A DNA stretch of 64,000 nt from Cycas panzhihuaensis. Taxonomy: Eukaryota; Plantae; Cycadophyta. The position numbers and the translations under genes were made by a program. The notes beneath the pieces were generated by a model, which did not search any database, was not told where the DNA came from, and saw nothing but the letters and a program-made list of their open reading frames with translations. Positions 13,736-24,556 of this stretch are shown piece by piece. Location of the stretch: the NCBI GenBank assembly GCA_023213395.1, contig CM041465.1:249309741-249373740 (forward strand), written 5' to 3'. Position 1 is the stretch's first letter. Each line of letters begins with the position of its first letter.

Positions 13736-15625
13736 GTCTTTATTTAAGATGCCGCGCAAGATCATTTCAGCCCTTGAAGGCATAATGAAGAGATTTCTTT
13801 GGTCTGGGTCTGAGGACAAAGACAGATTTCACTTGGTATCTTGGGAGAAGGTATGCAAGCCCAAGTGGGTGGGTGGGTTAAATGTCAGGAGACTGGGACT
13901 TCTTAATGAAACACTCCTAGCTAAAGAAGGATGGAGACTAGTTAAGGAGGAAGGATCTCTGTGGGGGGAAATTATAGCCAAAAAGTATTTGGAGGGCAAG
14001 CATCTTTTGAAGGAGGAGGTGGGTGAGGTCTATAGATCCCCCATCTGGAATGCTATATGGTCTGCATGAGCGATCTTGAGAAACGGTTTACGATGGAAAT
14101 TGGGGGATGGGAAAAGTATAAGATTTTGGGATGACAGATGGTGTGGCTTCTATAGGTTAGGCAAGATCCCAAATATCGATAACTTACGAAGAGTCTATGA
14201 GGACACTTACGACAAACTAGTGAAGCATTACTGGGTAGGAGAGGGCAAGAATAGGCAGTGGAGAACGTTTGAAGATCTGAATGACTTTGAAGAGGAAATT
14301 CAGAGGGTAAAAGAGGTATGAAATAAATAGTATATTCCCAAGAGGGCCCCTCTAGATTCCCTTGTTTGGGCTCTATCACCTTCAGGATCCTACTTAGTCA
14401 AAGATGGTTATAAGTTGCTGTCAGAGAGGGAAGGATGGACTAAGAATGACTTGCTGGCGGGGGTTTGGAGGGTGGGACTTATTCCAAAGGTTGCCACCTT
14501 TTAGTGGTTATGTTTACAAAATAAACTCCTAAAAATGGATAATCTGCTAAAGCGCGGTATCCATGTGGTGAACAGATGTGAGTTATGCAGGGAGGAGGCT
14601 GAGTCCTTGGACCACTTGAGTATATACTATCCCTACTCGAGAGGCATTTAGAGTGGCTTCTAGTCTAGAATAGGAATAGACTGGGTCCCTTCTTTGTCTT
14701 TGAGGGACCAATGGAGATCTTGGGTTTTCCCATTCAAAAGTAAAATGTTGGGAAGATTTTGGAAGCTTATCCTCCTATTGGGTACTTGGAATATATGGAA
14801 GGAGTGCAATAGGAGAATTTTTCAAGGAAAGGAGATGGAGGAAGAGAAGTTGTTCGACATGATCAGAAGGGGCATTCTAGAGATGTTAAAACCCGCCAAG
14901 GAGGACAACATTCCTACGGGGGAGAGAAGTATCCTAGATGGATGGGGCATACATCGACCGAGTTGTGGGAACGAGAAGAGGAAAGAAACGACTTGGACAC
15001 CGCCTGAGGTAACAGGGATCAAAATAAATTTTGATGGCACGGCGAAAGGTAACCCCGGGGAGGCTGGGGGAGGCAGGATGTGCAGGGATCATATCAGAAC
15101 GGTGATATGGGCATTTGCTAAATATTATGGTTGTCAATCGAATCATGGAGCGGAGGTGAGGGCCATGTATAAGGCTATAACCATGTTGGAAGAGATGGAG
15201 GAACAGAAAGTTATTATTGAAGGTGATTCCTTGATTATGATTAAGAGCTTAAAGGGAGAAGTGGAGCTGGAGTGGAGCACTTGTGAGCTCATTAGGGATG
15301 CGTAAGATGTACTCAGTTCCAAACAGAGTGTTCATATTCAACATACATATAGGGAAGGAAACAAGGTGGCAGACTAGTTGGCAAACTAGGCAGTGGCAAA
15401 TAAAAGGAACATGGATTGGAAAAGGAACTTCCTAGAGGAGCTTCTGAGTCTGACTAGATTATATTCTTTTAGACATAGTGGTGAAAGGTAGGAGGTGAGT
15501 GGTGGGTTTCTAGAGTGAGCTAGGCCATGGGCTTGTCATGGCCATCTTCTTAGGCTGGTTAGCCCTTGATGTATAAGGTTTGGGGACCTGGCAAAAAACC
15601 CCTTCTAATATTATTTTTTACCTTA

Positions 15626-15637
<12 letters not shown>
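13736..15637 (+). mobile_element. 5'-truncated plant L1 LINE with C-terminal RNase H (copy 1, least decayed)
   Basis: FLW...HLVSWEKVCKPKWVGGL, IRFWDDRW, zf-RVT CELC...DHL, RNase H KINFDGTAKGNPGEAGGG...IIEGDS; poly(A) at 15627-15637; perfect 15-bp TSD atatataggccttag at 13721-13735 and 15649-15663. Confidence 0.95.
14694..15305 (+). pseudogene. L1 ORF2 C-terminal fragment including the RNase H (RVT_3-type) domain
   Basis: 203-aa ORF with WNIWKECNRRIF and the D...E...D RNase H motifs. It ends at a premature stop; the frame continues as QHTYREGNKVAD. Confidence 0.9.

Positions 15638-15655
<18 letters not shown>
15638..15655. repeat. (AT)n microsatellite at the LINE poly(A)/TSD junction
   Basis: Seen directly in the sequence. 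Confidence 0.95.
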
Positions 15656-15656
<1 letters not shown>

Positions 15657-18600
15657 GCCTTAGTTATCTACTTATCTATTAGACATGATTTTGGTTTATG
15701 GAATTGAATTTAATATCTACTTATCTATTATACATCTATTATATTTAGAAATTCCCATGCAATTATTTCACATCAAATGGAGAAAGAAGCCAGGTTGAAC
15801 TATAATAATTATCTCTTCTAAAAGAATTAGCTAGAGTTGTAACCAATAATATTTATGCTTCCAAAATTAAATGCAACATAAATTCAACAAGCTGAAAAAT
15901 ATGTGCCCTATATTCTTATTGGCCACTCTAACAAAATAATGGAGTTTGGATGCTCTTTAAAAAAATAGACCTATCCATGTTTCCTCTCAAACAATTAATT
16001 AACTAAAATATGTCAAAATAATATTCTAATTGAAATGATTTTTAAAGGGCTAAGTTTATGAGAAAGGAAAAACCTACCCAAATTCCATAACTTGTTTATG
16101 TTCTTTGCATGGATTTGATCACTAGTGCTACTAGGGCAACCAAACTAAGGGGTTGTATGAGACTCACTCGATATTTTTAGTTCTTTAATATAACATTACT
16201 AGCGAGAATTAAAGAAGAAATTGATAAAATAGTAGTTAGAGTATTTGAATTAGATGGTTACCATGCATGTGCAAGAGTAGTATCTAAATAGCCTAACGAT
16301 TGAAAGTGATTCAATTCTAGAAATCACCTGAGTGCTGACAAAGATGTGCTCTAGGTAGTATCTATGGGATGTATTATTAGGCCAACCATATAAATAAATT
16401 TTATTATAACTCTTGGATATTCCCAACAATATTGTACAACACTAATTGCATGTTCTTCATTACCCAAAATTATCTTTCAAAGGAATATCAACAAGATTGA
16501 TCATATTTAAGAACTAAGCTTTAGTAAATCTAACAGGAGATGTAATAGGGGAAGGAACATATAGGACCACATCTATAATTATGATGTGTACAATAACCTT
16601 AGAGAGCCCAACAAACGCCTCAACCTACAAAGGGAGGTATTAGGTGGCTCTCATAAATTTCCTTATCCTCAAAGGTGTAAAACTAGTTATTCCCACACCA
16701 AAACAAGTCCTACTTATCTGGTATACTTGTTTAACTTCTTAATTCTCTTAGATGAAAAGTTCCCTAGGGTAAATCTCCTAGGTTATTAATCTCACTTGAT
16801 CAAAGCCTAGATGATGATAAAGAATGACCCAATAGTTTGATCATTATATAGTTACATTATTTTGGCGTCCCATGGTTTGCATTCCTAACACTATGTCAAT
16901 CTCACATGATCTACATTCCTCTTTAGTCTATGCTTCCATCCATGGTCTACATTTTTTACATTGTTTTAATATTGAATGCCCATGATTTATTGTAACCCCC
17001 ATGACTTACACCTAGTGCCTACTACTTGTGTCCTTATTATAATTCAATTCCTTAGTATAATTTCTTATTCCATATGTTCTCAACAATTAATTTATAAGTA
17101 TTATTCAATACGTTCTATTGTGTTAAGCTACCACATTAAACATAGTCAAACACTAATAGATATAAAAGAAAAATAGTTCTTCCATGTTATGATAGGGGAA
17201 TGAGATGATTAGATAATTCCAATGCTATAGAATAATCTTATAGCTAAATAATGTAACTTTTTCCATGGATAACTTCAATAACTTAAGAATCTTTATGGTG
17301 CTTCTTCCTATCTTACTAGCAAAAATTTACCATGGTGGAGATAAAGAGATGGATATACCCATAGTTTCCCTTCCTAAATATTTAAATTCTTCTACAATCT
17401 ATTATTGGCTTTATGGATATACTCATGAAGATATTAATAATATCATAAATTCTATTAATTAATCAACTAGAATGCCTTTAATCGTGATCTATATTCAAAT
17501 ATCTACAAGTAAGTTAGCCCTTTCAAAACTATTTCCATCTCCTCTATGGATTTTGTTCATAATTTTTGTTCTAAAGGATAAATATAGATTTGCAATGAGT
17601 AGTAGTTAATGCTTCTTAACTATGATAAGAACTCTAAATCAGGATGAGATTATACTCTATTACTAGTCAAAATAGTTTGCATACAATTATAATAATTAAT
17701 GATAAAATAATTTAGTAAATAATAAATAAATAAGACAATAAATAATAATAGAAATATTAGATACAAATAAATGTAGGAATAGAAATAAAAATATTCTAAT
17801 AAAATTATAACAATATCTTTTTTTTTATATGGTAAAATAATGAAGGGGTTTTAAAAGGGCTCTAACCCTATTACAAAAGCTGCCTTGCAGCAATCAAATA
17901 TGCCATGACAAGCCCATGGCCTACTTAACCTTTACCCTGCCCTATCTACCTCTATCCATCCCTGCCATGACAAGCCCTATGTCTAGCTACTATCTCCAAC
18001 ATGTAGATGGTCTTGCATATCTTTCTTTACCAAACTCATTACCTCTTTTGGGATATCCTATCTCCAAACCCTAGACCTCATGTAGGACACCACCTAGTTA
18101 GCTAGCTTATTAGATGTACCATTACCTTCTCTATATATATAACAATCCTAAATATTTCCTTTGCTTCTTAATACCTCTTGAGCATATATTATCATAGTTT
18201 TAGCTTTCCAATCAGCTTCTATCTCTCCTCTTAGTATCTTTATAACATTAAAGGAATCTCCTTCAATAATCACCATATCAAAGCCCCCCTCACTAATCAA
18301 TTCCACCACCCTCAACATAGCCTTCAATTCTGCCTTGTGGTTTGTATCCTTCCTATAATACTTCGCAAAGGCCCATAGGACACCTCCTTCTACATTTTTA
18401 TAAAGGCCACCCCTACTAGCCTCGCTTGGGTTGCCTTTTGATGCCCCATCAAAATTCATTTTTACCTAATTATCTAGGGTTAAAATCTAGAGGCATTATC
18501 TTCCTCTTTCCCTAGTAGCTTTAGGCCTACTTATTCCCTATTTCTTTAGTACTATTCCTTTATTATCTAAGATGGGCTTCTCTTATGTAATTTTGATAAA

Positions 18601-21528
18601 CTCCAAGATCATTGTACAAATAATCCCATGGATTGTAGCTTCATCCAACTCCCTCTCCTAAAATATTCTTCTATTTCTTTCTTTCCATAGGTTCCATAAT
18701 AGAATGGGTGTGGAGCTTTATAAAATATGGCATAGAGTTCTACTCCTAAATGGGCTCTTCCACATCATCACCTAATCCTTGAGTGTTATAGGAACCACCC
18801 ACTCTATCCTGAATTAGCTCCATATAAGCTTCCAAACTTTTCATAGAGAAGGATCAATGAAGGAAAATATGGTCTGACGTCTCCTCCTCCCTCTTGTAAA
18901 GAACACACCTGCTTAGCAACGTAGAGCCCCTTTTTCAAAGATTATCTACCATCATGATTTTATTTTATAAGCTCAACCATTAGAAGACCCCTACTTTAGG
19001 AATTAATCCTATTTTCCACACTCTTTCTAGAAAAGTGTCCTTAGAGGCCCCCTATCTTAACAGATGGACAAATACCCTTATTTCACTAAGTACTCCCTTG
19101 TTGGAGATAGAGGCCATACCATGGAATATTCCCCCTAAGTCTTAGGGATATAACATTTATCGATCTCTTTCTTAAGGACATTTAAGGCATCCCTTATATT
19201 TTCATCCCCTTGTAGGTCTTCAAAGGATCTCCAAACCTTGGCCCAACGGTCTCTTAACTAATAGTTTTTCACCTTTTTTCTATACTAACTTTTATATATT
19301 TCCTTAAGAGGCCCAATATTTGACCTCCTATTTAATTAGGTGTGGCCACACCATAAATCTTCCCAAAAGTTAATAGATTCTTCATCCCCCAACTTCCACC
19401 TCAGCCTAGATATTAGGGTTTTTCTCGAGTGCAGTATACTTCTCCATATCAAAGAGCCTGAGTGGGCTATAACATCCTCCTTTAAGAACTTCTTCCCCCC
19501 AAGATATTTATAGGATAAAATATTTTCCCAAAGCACACCTTACTTCTTCGCCATTCACCATCCTAACTTAGCCAACAGAGCTTAATTAAAAGATGTCAAA
19601 TCCTGAATATTAAGCCCACCAGCCCATTTTAGGAGACATACCTTCTCCTAGGCCACTAAGTGGATCCTATCTTTTTCTTCTACCCTAGACCAAAGAAATC
19701 TCTTCTGTATAGACTCCAATGTTATTACGACTTTAGCCAACATCTTAAATATCAACATCATGTACATTGGAATACTTTGAAGAGATGTCAATAACAACTA
19801 GACTTTACTTACTTGACTTAAGAGTGATCCTTTCTAACCCGCTAGCTTGTTCTACATCTGATCTATAATGGGGTTCCACAAGTTCCTGTTGGAATATTAA
19901 TGCACATTTGTTTTATCCCACGTGTTCCTCTATATTGGCATGTACTATAAATACACAACATAGTGTATCATATTGTAATAATGTTGTAAGGATGTTTTGT
20001 TAATACAATGGAGGTACCTTAAGGGTACCGTTCGATCCTGTGGAGGTGTGTTTTGTTCTATTTGTAAATATCTTATTGCAGGTCTATTTTCTAACATGGT
20101 ATCAGAGCGCCCAGGTTGAGAGAGGTGTTTTTGTTCAGTATTAGAGCAGTGATTTGGGAGGTGCCATAACGTTGAAATTTCTGAAAAGCAATAGCGAATT
20201 TGAGATGAAATAGTTCGTTCCGTAAAATTTGAGTGGTCGCACTATAGATTTTGGGGTGAAAGTGCAAAAATTACAGCAAAATTAATTTTGGCCTGCATTT
20301 TTTCCGTCGTCGTATTGTTGGGACAGATATGCAACCTCAACTTCAAGAAGCCATAACTTTAGCTACAGGTATCCAAATGACCTCAATTTTTTTTTTATTC
20401 TATGCATTTTTAAATTTTCTTTCTAATGGAAGTAGTTTGAGGTTCATTAGAGTTCAAAATAAAAAGTTATGAGCAATTTATTAGAAGGTACTATTACAGC
20501 CCCTAGAAACCCTAATTATGAAATTCTTAAAAGGAGCATAACTTTTGATCTGGATATCTGAATTCAATTTCGTCTAAACCGTTGGAATCGTATTTCAGAG
20601 GCCATCATTTTCATCTATATTTTATGTATTTTTGAGCTATACTTTTTTTCAGAAATAAGTTTTTGAGAATTTAAGGGTTTCATATTGATATGGTGACATG
20701 AATGAGGCAATGGTAATGAAGTGATTGTTTGAGGCTCTCTTATATATGTTGTGCATGGGAGAGTATTGTTACAAGTGAGATGATATTAAGTTATATTGAT
20801 GTGAATGTATTTGGCACTCTATTGGTGATTTGAAGTGCATGATGGTGATAGTTTAATGGAAAATTAAGTACCTTCTTACATGTGTTCATATGAGAGAGTT
20901 ATTATGATGATGACATAGTATGGTGATGAAGCAACGGTGAATGTGTTTGCATTAATGAGTTGGGTGGCATATGGTGATTTAGTGATCCTTAGAATGTGAT
21001 TTATTTGAAGGGACTTTATGGGTATGATAAGATTAATTTAAGGGCAAGAAAGATAGTGATATAAGGCGATGAGATGCTTGTTGCATGTGAGGTTAACATG
21101 ACAAGATTGGGTAATTATTGGGCATGTTTTGAGGATGAGATTAGGGATGTTTTCTAGTTGATTAAATGGGCAAAGAAGGATGAGTTTCTTGTTGAAGATA
21201 CCTGAGTTGCAAGGAAGCAAAGTTATTAAATAGTGTAATGGCATGAGTTGTGTTTTAGGTAATTAAGTAAAGTGTGATGTGTCTTGGTGATTTAATGGTG
21301 ACATGAAGTATGCATGATTCCTGTGAGATGTATGTGGTATAAGCTTTGATTCTATGGTGAAGAAAGTGCTTGAGATATTCTTTGTATATGACTATTTGGC
21401 AATATGTGAGATGCATAAGGCAATGATGTGATAATGAAGTTAGTGATATGAGGGACATGAGACATGAGAAAGTTTGTTGAGATTGATGGGTGAATTTGTT
21501 GATTAGAATAGGGACATGGTGTTAGAAA

Positions 21529-22098
21529 ATGGCATTTACAATCATGGAGGATAGTGATGTGGTTATATATACTCTTGAAAGAAATGAATATTACTTAAGG
21601 GATTCATTTCTTCCAATACCTAAGTGCAATGGTGAAGACTACTTCTTTTGGACAATTAAAATGAGATGTCTATTCATAGCTAGAGGTTTATGGAAGATTA
21701 TTACTAATGAATATGATATCCCTAATGATGAAGAAGAAAAGGAAATGCTTGAGAAGAAAGATAAGAAAGCATTCATTATGATTTGTGCTACATTCAATGA
21801 TATTGATCTTCCTTCCAAATTTCATTTTGTTATTCCTATGATTCTACATGCAAGTAATGCTAAAAAAGCTTGGAATTTTCTAAGGGAAGTATTTGAACAA
21901 ACTCCCGAAGAAACACACCGAATAATTGAAAAAGTAATTAAGGCTAGTTATGGTATAGGTACAACGAATGAAGAAAGTATCATCAACACTGATGAGACAG
22001 CATGTCAAGATGAAGAATGTGTAAATCTTGTGAAACTTCTCTTTGTTGAATGCATTAATGAGATTACTGAGATGAAGACATTGAAAGTGATGAATTGA
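21529..22098 (+). CDS. gag: copia-type Gag N-terminal/capsid-like protein (DUF4219/UBN2-like), 189 aa
   Basis: Open ORF with PKCNGEDYFFWTIKMRCLFIARGLWKII...KDKKAF...NAKKAWNFLREVF, typical of copia Gag; no zinc knuckle. Confidence 0.8.
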   Translation: MAFTIMEDSDVVIYTLERNEYYLRDSFLPIPKCNGEDYFFWTIKMRCLFIARGLWKIITNEYDIPNDEEEKEMLEKKDKKAFIMICATFNDIDLPSKFHFVIPMILHASNAKKAWNFLREVFEQTPEETHRIIEKVIKASYGIGTTNEESIINTDETACQDEECVNLVKLLFVECINEITEMKTLKVMN

Positions 22099-22437
22099 TT
22101 TCAAGGAGATTGAATATGAATCGATGGTTCTATAATGGACAAGTCTTATATTGATGATATTCCTACTTTGAGTATTGATTCAAGTTTGAATGATATTTCT
22201 TCTTTGAGCATTGTTTCAAGTTCAAAGAGTATGCAAGTTGATCAAGACTCCACTCTAAGGTTAAAGACCTCATTATTGTACATGGTGACCAGGAGTTTAT
22301 AAAAGAAATTTATGACAAGCAAGTTGTGATTAAAGATGGTTGTTCTGAGGGTCTACATCAAAATCGGACTAGGCGGTGCGATGAAGAATCATGATTTGTA
22401 CTCGCTAGAGTTGCTACTTCAACATCATCACTACGAG

Positions 22438-22585
22438 TTGAAGATAGAAATCAAGTTCGGGACATCATCCTACAAAGGCATCAAGACATAATTGAAGATA
22501 CAAATCAAGATAAAGACATCATTCTCTGAGAAAGACATCATTACAAATTTGAAGACAAGGATCAAGTTGAAGACATCATTTTCGA
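22438..22585 (+). repeat. Three tandem 54-57 bp units upstream of the PPT
   Basis: ttgaaga...atcaag...gacatcat recurs at 22438, 22492 and 22549. Confidence 0.8.
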
Positions 22586-24556
22586 GACACTTCCAAGGAC
22601 AAGGCGTTACAAGTACAAATGATCCAAATGTGCATTAAGGGGGAGTGTTGGAATATTAATGCACATTTGTTTTATCCCACATGCAAGTGGGTTCCTACTC
22701 TCTCTATATTGGCATGTACTATAAATACACAACATAGTGTATCATATTGTAATAATGTTGTAAGGATGTTTTGTTAATACAATGGAGGTACCTTAAGGGT
22801 ATCGTTCGATCCTGTGGAGGTGTGTTTTGTTCTATTTGTAAATATCTTATTGCAGGTCTATTTTCCAATAGTTCCTTTCCATTTTACCTATAAAAAGGGG
22901 CATTCCGAAGTAGGTAGATGGAATCTTACGAATGGGCATCTCCAAAATCTTGCTTATCTTCCTTTGTATTCTTTCTTTAGATTGAGTATTGGGGATTAGA
23001 GATGCATCTATCCATATATTCTCTCCACACATAGCTAAAGCCAAATGCTTGAAGGTAGTCCAATAAATAATCCCATGAAACTCTATCATATACTTTTAAC
23101 AGGTTAATTTTTACAATCGTAGTAGGGTCTTTCCTCTGGTTTATAGAATGGATCATTTTATGAATAATAATAATACCATCCAGAATCTGTTTTCCTTTCA
23201 AAAACCATCCTAGTTAAGAGATATAATCTAGGGAAGGATTTTCTTCAGCCTACTGGATAAAATATTAGTTAATATTTTGTGTTTCATATTATATAAATTG
23301 ATCAGTCTAAAGTCCTCAATCTCCTTCGCCCCCTCCTTCTTTAGCATCAGCACTAGGAAAGTGGCCTGTCATTCCTTCAATATTTTTCTCTTCTCATGAA
23401 ATTCATCTAAGGCCTCCTTTAGGTATCCCTTTATAATCTCTTAGTAATCCTAAAAGAAACCTAAAGGGAAGCCATATGGGCCTAGGGCCTTATCTCTTTT
23501 CATTCCAAATACTAACTTTTCCACATCCTCCATAGTAAATAGTTCCTTTATAAATCTATTCTATTCACCATTAACTAGATTTGGGATAAGTTTCATGGAC
23601 TCCCCTCTTGTTCCATCATCTTGTCTTCCAGGCTCTTTAAATAACCCCTTGAAGTACCCAATCATAATATTCTTTAGATCTTCTAGCTCACTAGTCTCTA
23701 CCCCTTTCCTATTGTTTAATTTGTTTACTCTATTATAGGCCCTATGCCTTAGGTTTGACATGTGAAAAAACTGCATGTTCTTATCCCCCTCTGTTAAGTA
23801 AAGAGCTTTTGACTATTGCCGCCAAAAAAATTCTTCCTTCATTACGACTCAAAATTCCTAAGGAGGTCTCTCTCTAATTGATCCAGAGCCTAGGATTTAC
23901 CAACCTCCTAAATTTTCTCCTTGATATCTTTTAATTCCTTGATTATATGCTCCTTGGCTATAAAAATATTCCCATGAATCTCTTTATTCCACACTTTCAC
24001 TTGTCTCTTAACCCAATTTAGTTTCTTCGAAAGCTTGTACATAGCATAACTTTCTATTAGGATCCTCTACCACTCCTTAATCTAATTCCTTAGGTCAGGA
24101 TGCTTCATCCATATAAGTTCAAAACAAAAAGGGGCTCCTATATGTTTCTCAGAATTTTTAAATTCAAACAGTAGAGGAGAATAGTCTAAAGCCATTTTAG
24201 GCATTGAGTTGAGCCTAATATCATTATGGTGGTTTACCTAACTGTAATTGACCAGAACCCTATCCAACTTAACTTGAATATGGTGGCTCCCTAATCTTCT
24301 ATTTATTTAGGTATATTTGGCCACTTGGAGTTGAACATCCATCAATCCACCTCTTTAGAGAAAATCTCCCAACTCTAGAATACTCTTTTACCATCCCTCT
24401 TGTCCACCTTTTTTCTCCCCATACGACATGGGCATATTAAGGTCATTGACTAATAGTAAGTGCCTATTCCAATCCTTATGAACCTCCAAAATCTTGTTTG
24501 ATAATTCCTTCATTCCCTCCATAAAGTTAGGGATGAACCTCCCTGCATTTGACTCA

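Larger units (their letters stand above)
19887..22870 (+). mobile_element. Young non-autonomous gag-only LTR retrotransposon (TR-GAG-like), 2984 bp
   Basis: Near-identical LTRs 19887-20096 and 22646-22870; perfect PBS tggtatcagagc 20097-20108; PPT aagggggag 22637-22645; perfect TSD gttcc; no pol motifs seen. Confidence 0.95.
17818..24556 (-). mobile_element. L1 LINE with RNase H (copy 2), interrupted by the element at 19887-22870; RT core deleted and 5' part lost
   Basis: Poly(T) at 17818-17826; ORFs MNFDGASKGNP (RNase H), INFWEDLW, GKQILDGIII...KVYDRVSW (RT N-terminal part), FFHMSNL and endonuclease NDLN...EKKGG. The frame resumes across the gttcc TSD. Confidence 0.92.

Noticed and set aside
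15664-17817. Possible host gene or endogenous virus
   Set aside because: Only scraps of LINE-like motifs (e.g. NLVDIPL on the minus strand) are visible, with no coherent ORF or splice structure; left unannotated.
20097-20117. tRNA gene
   Set aside because: It is only the primer-binding-site complement of the tRNA-iMet 3' end; there is no cloverleaf.
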